This document shows positions 12,250 to 23,900 of a stretch of 64,000 nt of DNA, one piece after another. The notes below the pieces were generated by a model. It was not told the DNA's origin. It was given only the letters and a program-made list of their open reading frames with translations, and made no database searches. How positions within the stretch are numbered: position 1 is the stretch's first letter; each line of letters begins with the position of its first letter. The position numbers and the translations under genes are program-made. The stretch lies in contig CAJFCJ010000006.1 of assembly GCA_904063045.1 (NCBI GenBank), positions 3,736,408 to 3,800,407 of the forward strand, in the 5' to 3' direction. The stretch comes from Dimorphilus gyrociliatus. Taxonomy: Eukaryota; Animalia; Annelida.

Positions 12250-12770
12250 AAATGTTTTAATCTGTATTTTAGAAAATTATGGTTACACAATTTTTCTTAT
12301 CTTAAATCATTGATATCAAACAAGAGGGAATCTAATTAAACAGTTGCAGTTGCGAAGAGTCTATTCTATGGAACAGAAATTTTATTGCTAGCTGACTACT
12401 TTTCATTAAAACTAATAACTTTGAAATGGTCACAGATACTGAGAGCAACTAGTTGTCTAACGAATCTTTGTGAGCTATCAAATGGCTATGTCTCATATTT
12501 CATTGATATCTATCCTTGATTAAATATGTAGAATACCCTAGAGAACGATAATAATGAAAAAAAGCTTTTCAAGCCAGACTTTGATATTCAGGGCCAAAAT
12601 TTATCATTTAGTCATTAGTTAAGCATTGTCTCTTTGAATGCTTTTCTGGTTGGAATGGAATTTGGATGGATTTTTTCATTTCCTCCTTTCCGTTAGGAAT
12701 AATAATTGTTCTTTAACAATCTGTCATTAATGATCAGAGACTTTTGAAAATGTCGTTGATGAAAGAAACA
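12250..12770 (+). pseudogene. Degraded, internally deleted tandem copy of TMEM87
   Basis: 12348-12380 matches 13530-13562 at 31/33 nt. 12565-12594 matches 13806-13835. 12646-12670 matches 14939-14963. No intact reading frame. Confidence 0.8.
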
Positions 12771-13348
12771 ACTTGTTATTTGTAGCTAAATAGAAATTTA
12801 AAAATATTGCGCCAAACAGATGAACATTTCTTTTTATTAATTATAGGCGCGCACCTAAAAGCGTTTAGATGATTTTTGTCTACTTATGTTAAGTATGTTA
12901 ATCATCTAAACCTTAGATATATTTTAGATAAATATGTACATTATCAAATACTATAATCGTTATTTTAGAAATAAATTGACCATTTTATAGAAAAGAATAT
13001 ATGCTATTATAAAAAATAAATTATTTGAAGGACACCTGCAAAGCTATTTTTTAAGCTCTCGTAATTTATAAAATGTTTGAAGTGAGTTGTTTTTCAGTTT
13101 ACCACCTTGTTAGTTAAAGAGTGCAGAGAACAACTAGGAAAAAACATGTGATCAGTATTGCTGATATTGCTACGCCCTCTAGACCTTAGGGCTAGTCCGC
13201 ACTCAAAATAGAGCAAAACAAAAAAATCATTACATACATTAAGGATTTTCAAAATCTAAAAAATTATCGTAACAAAAGGAAATACAATAAAAATGAAAAA
13301 TTCCCAATTTCTGTAATAGCTACGAAACAGTGAACTTCCGCTTCCAAC

Positions 13349-15436
13349 ATGGCAATGTATCTTCACCGACAAATACTACTTTTTGGACTTTTGAGCTCTG
13401 TGTTTGCATTTCCAGAACAGGGAATATTTGAGTTTAATCTTACAAAAGTAAGTTATATTAAAAATTATGAATGAACATTTTTCACATCTCAAATTATTAA
13501 TTTTAAACGTAGAGCAAATCCAGTTATATAGTTGCGAAGAGTCTCTTCAATGGAACAGAAATCTCATTACGAGGTAAATTTTATCTATGATTTAGAATCA
13601 TGTATACATTTCAAAATATCAAATAGTTCTACTTGACTGCCCTTCGTCACAATCTACACCCTTAAAATTGTCATGGATGTTGAGAGAAACGAATTGCCTG
13701 GGAGATCTTTTTGCTTTAGCTAATGACCACGTATGATGTTTCATGATTGTTTATTCTGAATATAATTTATAGCTCTTACAACAGGATGACAATACTGGAG
13801 CTATACTTTTCAAGCCAGATTTGGATATTCAAGGCTTAAACTTGTATCGTTTAGTTTATTATAAAAGTAGCACTGATGAAATATCTTGCGAATCAACGAA
13901 CAATCTGCAAGTAGGTTTTTTCTTTTCAACATCACTTCAGTAAATTTTAATATACGTGTTGCTAGGATTTGTCTGGCACCCCTCCAGAAGTTGCAACTTT
14001 ACAAGCACAAACAAGCACCGGTCTTGTCACCCCCACTCCTTTAGCTACTAAAGCTACTAAAGCTACAGTTAAAGCTACTGATGATAAAGGTAAAGCTACT
14101 GATAATCACAGGAAAAGAAGAGAAGCGAAAACAGCAGCTCCGGAGCCTACTCCTACTACAAGCTCAGATAGAATATATAAAGCTTGGAAGGACGGAATTT
14201 ACATATTTATAGTTAGAGTGGAATCCTTAGATGATTCAATAACAGCGAATGTCGTCCTTTCAATGAAAGGAAAACATGGATATCTGTCAGCAATTGATTG
14301 GCCATTTTTACCATTTTATGGTGTCATGTGTGCTCTATACGTCATTTACGCTTTAGCCTGGCTCATAATGTCTGCTATGAATTGGAGAGATCTTCTTCGT
14401 ATTCAATTCTGGATCAGTGCTGTAATTTTACTTGGATTAGTGGAAAAGGCAGTCTATATTGAAGATTATCGCTCGATTAGCCATACTGGAAAAAGTTTAA
14501 AAGGAGCTATGTATTTTGCTTTATTTTTGACAAGTTTGAAACGAACGCTTGCGAGGATACTGATTGTTATTGCATGTCTTGGATATGGAATCGTGAAACC
14601 TCGTTTAGGGAATCAATTACAACGAGTTTTAGCATTAGCGTTCTTGTTCTTTTGTTTTTCATATGCTGATGAAGTTCAAAAAGTCAGAAATCATAGAGGT
14701 TATAACAAGGGAAAAGGAGACTTTTTCACAGCAATTCCTTTAGCTGTAATTGATGCCTTGTTCTGTTGGTGGATCTTCACTAGTTTGTTTTCAACTATGA
14801 AAACTTTGAGAATTCGCAGAAATGTTGTTAAGTTATCGCTATATAACCATTTTACTAATACTCTAGTATTAGCAGTGTTAATTTCAATTGGTTATATGAT
14901 TTGGTCATTAGTTGAACATCGTTTCTCCAAATGTCTTCCTGGTTGGAAAGGAATTTGGATAGACGAAGCCTTCTGGCATTTCAGCTTTTCCTTTGTATTG
15001 GGAATTATAATTGTTCTTTGGCGACCAACCATCAATAGCCAGAGATTCGCCTCCACTCCGTTACTTGATGATGTCGATGATGAAGAGAATGAAACAAATT
15101 TGAATGAATCATTCGGTGCAAAAAAGAGAACCACGATTACCTCCAACGGCCCTCCCACCAATAAGGAGACAAAGAATAAAAAAGCAGTAAGTGACATTTT
15201 ACATTGCACAAAATTCCTGTACATTAAATTTTTAATCTTTATTAAAGGAGGAAGACTTAAAATGGATCGATGAGAACATTCCAACAACAGTAGTGGAGTC
15301 GTAAGTAGCGAATATGAAAGGGTTTTCGGTTTTTTGAAAAATAATTAAACTTTTTTATAGATCATTGCCCAATTTGATAAATGATTCGGATGAAGAAATA
15401 TTGAACACTAAATTTGAAATATCAAAAATGGACTAA
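13349..15436 (+). CDS. TMEM87: TMEM87 (GOST/lung seven-TM receptor family)
   Basis: Seven exons: 13349-13447, 13513-13573, 13627-13730, 13773-13910, 13966-15186, 15248-15300, 15361-15436. Signal peptide, GYLSAIDWPFLPFYG, WRDLLRIQFWI, WRPTINSQRF, EEDLKWIDENIP and C-terminal DSDEE..TKFEISKMD. Confidence 0.93.
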
Positions 15437-16448
15437 ATGTTTGGTATTTTTAACATTTTAACAGAATATTATGATGCATAAAATTATTAGGAGAATAAGA
15501 CTGCTTATCAAATTTTTGACAGTATATCTTTCTTGTTTTCTTTGGATGGTGGTTGATTGGTGTGTTGCTTTTTTTTGTATGTCATTCTATGTTAATTGTG
15601 GGTATGTTTTTATAAAAATTTCAACATCATAATTAACAAATTTCATTTGATCATTTGAAAATAGTACCAAACATGTGGACAGTTATATATCTAATCACAT
15701 TTCATTATGTATTATAAATATACTTTATTGAATACTTTTGAATTTACCAGAATATTTTTCTTCATATTATTTTTCTTATATTGTAAAAATGCTATTATTT
15801 TTTTGTTGGAAATTTAATTCAAATTATGCATTTTCTTTTCTGAATTGAACAGTTTAAACCAGCAGAATTCTATAATTTTTCTTGAAGATAATGTGAAAAA
15901 AAAGCTATGAAAAAAAAGAATGTGGAAACTATGTCAAAAGTCGGAAAAAACGCTTTGTATATTTTCGTTTTTACAACAAATTCCTTTTAACCAAAGATAT
16001 TTGATTGATTATATTTTTTAATTTTCTCACAAAAAAAGGCAGCAGATAATTGTTGTTTTTACACGATTTTTCATTATTTACCCAAAAGGAGTTGCATTTT
16101 TAAAATACATTAAACAAAGTGAAAAGGAGAAGCAGCAACAGCTTTTATTATCTAAATTCTAAATATACACTATTATATATTAATATATATTAAAAATGGA
16201 ACAAACAAATAACAGTATTTTTCATAGACAAACAATTTCTATCTTTATTATACTTGTTAAACGTTCGCCGTCTCAGTGATCTGTCATTGTTGGCATTTGT
16301 CGGCGTTTCGTTTGATCTTTTTTCCTGCTTCTGGCGTTTGGTCTTATTGAAATTTTCATTAAATGTCGATTTATATCGAACAAATGACATATTATTTAAA
16401 CTACTTGTAGACTTTTGGTCGCCTTCGGATTGATCTCTAAATATTCGA

Positions 16449-19400
16449 CTACATTATCGATTCTGTTTTATCAAGGGCCATGTTAGCATCCTCTAAATGG
16501 TCAGTTGACCATGAAGAAACAACAGTAGTTTGAGACTGGCTATTCGGGCTTATCTTTTCGGCTTTCATACTATAGCTATCGTTATTCGTATCGCTATCAT
16601 TCATTTCCGAGACTGAGTCGGTGGTTCGTTTCAAAAGTGAGTGTCTAGTATGAGCTCTGACTTTTCCTTTCACACCTAAAAAAGTCTGTTTTGCGATGGG
16701 GGATGGTTGCTCAGGAGGATCGGATAATAAAGACAAAGTAGATGTATTTAATGGTCTGGATGAGTTAGTACCCGTCCAGTCCTCTTCTGCAATGCGCTCT
16801 AAGGTCCCCCGCCTCTTGAGGATAAAGGTATCTTTCTTTTTCTCTTTATCTGTCACTTTCTTAGTGCCATTATCAGTCTTTGATTTAAGATCGTTTAGAG
16901 CTTGTGTAAGTCTTTTAATAAAGTCTGAATCTTTACCAGTTGTTAACAAATCTGACTTTATTTTATCTGTAAATATCCTAGGATTGTTCGAATTATTTTG
17001 TCGCCTCTTGTTATCATTGTCAGAGGGATCTATGCGGATATGCGTTGTTTGTTTATCAATGTTTTCCTTCTCCTTTATACTGTCCTGGGGTTCAATTAAC
17101 ATATCGCCTCCAATTTGCAGATTATACACTCCAACTTTACGCCTCTTTCCTTTTATAATACTAATAACATCACCAGATAAAGCATTTATACACTTCCCTT
17201 TCCCTTCTTTTTCATCGTCTTTATTAGAGGGAATAGCCAAAGATTTCTCCGAACTGACAACATCGCTCAGTTTATTCCGTAATAAATTGTCTCTTAGCGA
17301 GGATGGGGGCATCGAACTGATATTGATAAACGGCAAAAAGAAACAGTATATAAATATCCAAGCGACAATAATCGTAATTAATGCTATTTGAAATAAACTA
17401 TAGATGTATTGAGTAGAATCGGTTAGGGAGAAGAACAGGGTAATCAACGACATAGTACCAATCATGGTGACCGATGGATTAGTGACACTTTTGTAGGCCG
17501 ATAAAACCCTTGTCACTCTCTGCTCTCCTTTAAATTGCACGACAACAGTTAAAGTTAAAAGATGCAAAATACAAACAATTGTTATCATATAGGGCATGGC
17601 CATTACATGTAAAACCGTTATTAAATTATTCATTAATAGCATTAAGCCTATACTGGAAAAACTAGCTAATAATATACTAATAACCATGATTAAACCCGTA
17701 CGCAAATCAATCTTAAGGAAGAACGAAGCCGTAGTACCACTAAATAATTGTAAGAGAGCAGAGGCAAGAGGTTGCCAAGACAACGATCGTCTAACCCCGA
17801 AGCCAAAATCCGGAAAGTGTACAGTTGTTGGATAATTGCTAGGCATAGCCAATCGTAAAATATTCCACTCATAAATCATATTCTGCCTTAAGCACTCCTC
17901 TTCAACGAAACTAGATTGAATAAGATAGTCAAGTTGCAAATTTAATACATAAAAGTTCCTTCCTCTCTCAGTATTATCCGTAAGTAAATGATCCATAAAT
18001 AGATATTTATGAGGATACCTTTTAATTACTGCTAAGGAGAGATTTCCGATCATTTCCCTTGTCTGACAATATTTATTACTATTGTTACATTGTTGCTTAA
18101 TGTCCGTATATAGTTCTTTCATGAAGCATCTGCGAACCTTCCAGACGGTTGTTGTATAATTGTTCATTTTTAAAGCGTTACACGAATTTGAAGCCCACTC
18201 TATGAAATCCCATGAGATAGAGTCATCACTACCTAAATCAACTACAATCGTCATATTTAAATAAGATCCAATAGAATCAAATTCTCCAGAAATTCGTTTA
18301 TAATTCATTAAAGGATGGTCTAGGTTTAGGACTTGAGGACGAAGGATTTCTGGTGTCCTATATACAGAATACATTACATACTGTAATGAGATTGTTCCGC
18401 AAAGAAGACAAACGTAAATGACCGGCAAAATAGAAAATGCGGAGAAATTTATGGTTTTCTCTAATGGCTTAACAGTTTGTCGGTCGTTACCCTTATCTGT
18501 CGATTCTTTCATTATTAAATCTTGACTGTTAACCGTTGAACAATTGATCAATGTCCTAGATTGTTTACCGACTTTAAAAGATAAAAGCAAGGGCAGTATG
18601 TAAATTCCGAATAAAACGTATAGGATTAGCATCGTGTAGGAACAAATGACTAAATTAATAGAAGCGTTCGTGCCTTCCATTAGCTGAAAGGCTAATGAAA
18701 CAAAATTAATGCTAACTGGAAGGATTGCTTTCCTTATTACTCCTGTTCTATTTTCTTCCTTACCAAAACAACCTATCCATATCATGAGAATAATAAAAGG
18801 CATGCCTGCCAGGAAAGATAGAATGTGAACTTCATAAAAACTTACTACAAGGAGGGAGACAGTCATAGAAAATATATAATACTGTAAGATGACTATTGCC
18901 CAAAATAGTGACGTCAATAGAGCGTCGAGGGATACGAAAATGAGTAAGGCAAAAATTGCAAACTTTTTACTCTTTATTATCTCTTTCATTTCAATCTCGT
19001 TTAGGAGTGAATCATTCGAACTTATTCCCATCAATTTTGTTTTCTTTAACGCTATATCGTCAAATAATCGAATAGAAAATTTATTGAAATTGTTGCTATC
19101 GTTAAAACGAAAGCCCATATATAAAGTTCCACTGGACATTAGAGGCTCTTGACGAGGAAGTAAGCTTAAAAGTGAAACGATTAGCCAACCATAACGTCTG
19201 CACGTCAAAGGGATTGAGCAGTTCATTCGATAATCGTCTAAGCAATATATATAAAGCCTTTCATATTGCTTATAAGATCTCCAACAGGTTTCGATTAGAT
19301 GCCTGACGGTTGATAATAATCCAGTGTTTAAATCCCGACAAGTTTTGTTATAATATTCCGATAGAAGGGAAGCCATATTGAAATCTCTTGGGCAATCTGG

Positions 19401-20022
19401 TCCAGTTTTACAGCTTTTTAGAACGAATAATTCCTCTTCGATCAGGCATAAACTATGTATGTAATTGATCTGCCAAACAGACTTTGAGAATGTTATTAAA
19501 ATGTTCGAATTTATCTTTGGCTCGTAGCTCGCATAAGGTAATTTCAAGAGACAATCATCATCTATCTCCCTACCACTTTTACTACCGCCATTGCTACTCC
19601 CTTTTAATCCTAATATGTTTTTTAAATAGAAGGATCTTGTCCTATTCTCTCTACCAAAGTTCCCAAATAACCTTATCGAACGTCTATAATCGCAAGATTC
19701 AGCAGAGTAATTCTGATAGATAGTACTGTTGAACATTGAAAAAAAAGTATGTCTAACATTCTCGTCACTTGTGATGTAATTAACTATTCTAGGAGAGATC
19801 TTATCATTATTCCATATAGATACAACCTATGAATAAACATGGTACTTCATGTATATACAGTATATTTATATAAAATAATTGACATACTTTAAATACAAAT
19901 TCAACTTTTAATAAATAATATATTAAAACTGTTACAGTTAAACAAAAACTAGAATTAAGACAAACAATCCATAAACACTTCATTTGCATTTTAATTTCAT
20001 TTATTTCGTAATCATTTATCAT
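16449..20022 (-). CDS. Highly divergent Patched/NPC1-family (sterol-sensing, RND-type) protein, about 1170 aa
   Basis: Exon 20022-19888 (encoding TM1), a 61-nt intron and exon 19826-16449 extend the listed ORF in frame. Topology is 1 TM + loop + about 6 TM + loop + 5 TM + long tail. ENRTGVIRK resembles PTCH EDRTGECLK; GEQRVTRVLSAYKSVTNP resembles GDKNRRAVLALEHMFAP; the last TM ends FFLP. Confidence 0.7.
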
Positions 20023-20504
20023 TTAAAAAATTACATTTCCTCTCATTTTTTTTTATATACTATTTATAGAATATAGAATATGTTGTTAATTCCGAAACAT
20101 AACAATAGGCCTGAGGAAATAATAGGCAAGAAAATATAATTAAATTGTTATAAAACGTCTCTTCTCGCACGCGGATTAGCATTTATGTTATATAGATTAT
20201 ATATACTCTATATATATATATATAAAGGTGAATACACTGTTTATTAGAGATATATATGTAATTTATTTATTTTCATTAATACCACCTAACTCGGAAAGAA
20301 ATTCTCTGTTTCTCTTTAACAATTGAACTTACGAAAACATGATGTATCAACTATATATATATATATATATTTGGAGAGTCTTTTATACACAACTATATAA
20401 ATATGAGCATTTGTAGACGATAAAACTATTGCAGAAAATATATTAAATCATTGCGTTTTTTTCTGTTCTAGAAGGATATTAATCCTTATCTTCAAAATTC
20501 AAAC

Positions 20505-20507
<3 letters not shown>

Positions 20508-20535
<28 letters not shown>
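20508..20535. repeat. (TA)n microsatellite (one of many; others near 3449, 20354, 42406, 50070)
   Basis: About 14 TA units read directly. Confidence 0.95.
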
Positions 20536-20539
<4 letters not shown>

Positions 20540-20712
20540 TTTATGCACAAATATACATAAAAATACAATATAACAGCATTCTTTATAATAATCATCATCA
20601 TATTATCAATCTCAATCAATAAATTAAAGATTTAATTCTATTTTCTACATATTAAAAAAATTTTTAAAAGTAAAAACAATGGCCGATTCTTTTTCGTATG
20701 TTTATTTGTCTT

Positions 20713-20777
20713 CCATCCATCCATCCATCTATCCATCTATCCATCCATCTATCCATTCATTCATCCATCCATCCATC
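20713..20777. repeat. Imperfect (ATCC)n/(ATCT)n tetranucleotide microsatellite
   Basis: ccatccatccatccatctatccatctatcc.. read directly. It explains the spurious ORF 20698-20967. Confidence 0.9.
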
Positions 20778-20989
20778 ATCTATTGATACTGAAAATTGGC
20801 AAGTAAACTTGATATTTGTTTTGATTGTTTTTAAATATTTTTTTTTAAAAATCTTCCATTGTTTCTTTCCGACTGTTTCCATCAACATCTTTTTTTTAAT
20901 GTACAGTATATATATATATATATATCAATATAATAATATTAATAATAATAATAATATGGTTTTGTAGAGATGTATAATGTCTATATAAT

Positions 20990-23900
20990 TTAGGTTTCAG
21001 ATTTGGATTTAGACTTTCCAATTTTACCAAGGACGGTTTGAACTCCTTGTTTAATACTAGCTCCAAATCCCTAAAAGAAAAGAAAAAGGAAAAAAGAAAC
21101 TTTATTAACGTAAAAAGGAATAAGGATAAAGAATAAATAAACAAGAAGAAAAAATAGATCGATTTATAAGAAAGAAAAAAAAGGGGCTTGGTTATTTATA
21201 TATTATTATTATTATGTTTATAAATATAATAGCTGTTAGTGTTATTACAGTTATAATAGCTTTCCTCGTATTTAAAATAGTGTAATAGTACTGTTGGTAA
21301 GGGAAAAAAAACAATTCTCCACCTTTATACAGTATCTACGAAGGAGTAGAAGAAAAAAGAATTAAAAATAATGAAAACATATTCTATGGGAAAAAATTGT
21401 TATAAGAATTAATGTAAATAAAGGAGAATGTAGGGGAGGGAAGGGGAGAAAAAATAAAGAGAAATAATAACAATAACAACAATTAAAGAAAGAAAGAAGA
21501 TTAAGAATAAATATTATTACTAAGAATAAAAATAATGTACTCACAACATTAAAATTCAAGGTGCAAACTTGGCATGCAAATAAGAACAACACTTAAAACA
21601 AGTGACTAGAATGAAAACCATTTTGACTTGATTGAATCGAAGGTCGAACTAACTCCTATCTTTATATTGTTGGCCTTTTCCAGAATTCCATTGACATTCG
21701 TACCTAGTTTATTCGCTAAGACGTTTAGTGGTTGTTGAGCGTCTAATTCTCTTCTCTCCTTCTCTTTCTGCAGCTGTTTAATTAGGGTATGGGAAAAGGG
21801 TGGAAAAAGAAGTAAGGGAAAAGGTTTTTTTTCTTTTTTTTTTCACTATGGATGAGGACGACTAGAGGAGACGTAATACCGTCTATACTTATAAATAGTA
21901 TATACAGTATATATAGGGACTTTTTTAGTATTGAGTTATTGCAAAAAAAAAAAGAAAAAATCCCGCGTAAATCATGCAAACAACAGTTAAAAACAATAAA
22001 AATAAACCAATAATGCTAACGTGCAATAATAGTGTTTAATTGGGTTTCTTTTCTTTTCTTTTAACCCTTAAAACTTGATAATAAGTCTATATAAGCGTAA
22101 AAATCTCCCATAGGCCTGAAGAATGGGCAATTTTTTTTTTTTTGAAGACTTTGGCTAGTTAATGGAAAATCCTATGTGATCCTTGCTCTCCCACCACCAA
22201 ATTAGGAGGAGGAGAGAAAGGAATGAAAGATCTAATTAAAGGATAATACTTACTCTAGAAGCTTGAGCGGCTTTAGCCCTTCCGTCCGGTGTATGTGGGT
22301 GGGCGTCTAAGCATTTTTGAAATCGTAACTGGAGAGTGGTGAATCCGAAAAGTAAAGAAACAGGTTAGAATTATACAATCAATATAATGTCTATACGCAC
22401 TTTACAAGCCGCCTCGATAGTTTTACAAAGGGGACCAGCAGTCGGTTCACAGTGGAAAATATAGGCTATAAATGAATCTTGAACGGTATGCATTATGAAA
22501 GCTAACACTCTAAAAAGAAAGAAAAGAAATAGATCAAAAAAAGAATTACGGCTACTTCACCTTTTTAAAAAGACAAGATTATGTTTAAAAGAGAATAGGA
22601 AGACTTACTGAATGTTCTTTTTTGATATGCCCATAAAGGACAAGAAACGAACTCGACATTCGGCTAATACGTGATCGTTATTCTGCGAATTTATAAAAAT
22701 ATTTCATAATAAATTTTGCGATGCTTTTAGGCCTAGACAAATGAAATGAAACTTACTGCGCTGTCCGCTATGGTGATTGTTGACGGTGCTATAGATACCG
22801 CAACTAATAGCCAATTTTCTCGAGGTACTGTTGTTAACAGTTTATCCATTGCTTGGTTAAGTACATCGATGCCTGTTGGTCTTGCCACTTGGCAATTACC
22901 CAAATAGTGGCACTTAACCATCTTTCTAGGCTCCTCCATTGGAGTTGGAAATCTTGTAGCTCTGTAGACGGCATCAAAATTGGCTGATTCATGACATCCG
23001 GTTGCACCTTCTCTATCGGCCAGATTCGGCAAATTATTCGGCCTTCTGGCCGAACCTGCACCGCAAGGTTGCTGAGCAAATTTTCGTTTTTGCATAATCT
23101 TTCGGCAAACGTCTCGTAAAGTATGGGCGATTTGTTTGGCAGGCGTATCGCATCTAAAAACGTGGCACATGTGCCTTTTGCTGGACGTATCGCGAGCTAC
23201 ATAAGCAAAGTCTCTGTTTAAAGGAAAAGAAAGGAGAATATATATTTATATAAAACACAAATAAATAAATCATAAATATATTAAATAGCTTAACAAAACA
23301 AAAAGAAAAAAGCATTACAGCTACTATTCCATTAATAAGGTTAAAATTTTATTAAAGAGGGTTTAGAGTCTATTTTTCTACGGGATTAGGAGGATAATTT
23401 CAGGGGTAAAGAGAAAGAGGAAGAGAGAGGTTGATAACAAGTACACCAAGACAAAATTAATTACAAAATTTATATAGACATTATTATATGTTTTGTGTGT
23501 TTTTTTAAAAAAAAAAAATTTGCTAAAGAGAAACAAGAATCATAAAACAAAATCAAATAAAAGGAAGGGAACTAGAAACAAAAAAAAATTATCTATGGTC
23601 TTATCATTTACTAAAATCAACTATTAATTATTTTTAATACCTCTCCCTAGTTTATGTTAGAGTTGATAAGAGTAGGATGAGGAATAAAAAAGAAATAAAA
23701 TGGTAGAAAAAGGAAAGAATAAGAAATAAGTAAAAAGAAAAAAAAAGGAATGAAAATAGTAATAGATAGATAGATATATAGATACATAGATAAATGGATA
23801 GATAGAAAGAGACAGAAAGAGAAGGAGAAAAAGAGAAAAAAGAGATAATTTAGAAAAGAAACGAGAGTCATTCTCTCTTTTCATATTAGCATAGTATATT

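Noticed and set aside
13731-13772. ATGATG..CTGA (C/D-like boxes) in TMEM87 intron 3
   Set aside because: The intron is only 42 nt, too short for a snoRNA.
16696-17391. 231-aa plus-strand ORF and other antisense ORFs (14892, 17596, 18889, 33865, 50959, 56320, 58658 etc.)
   Set aside because: They are shadows of real genes on the opposite strand, with no recognisable motifs.
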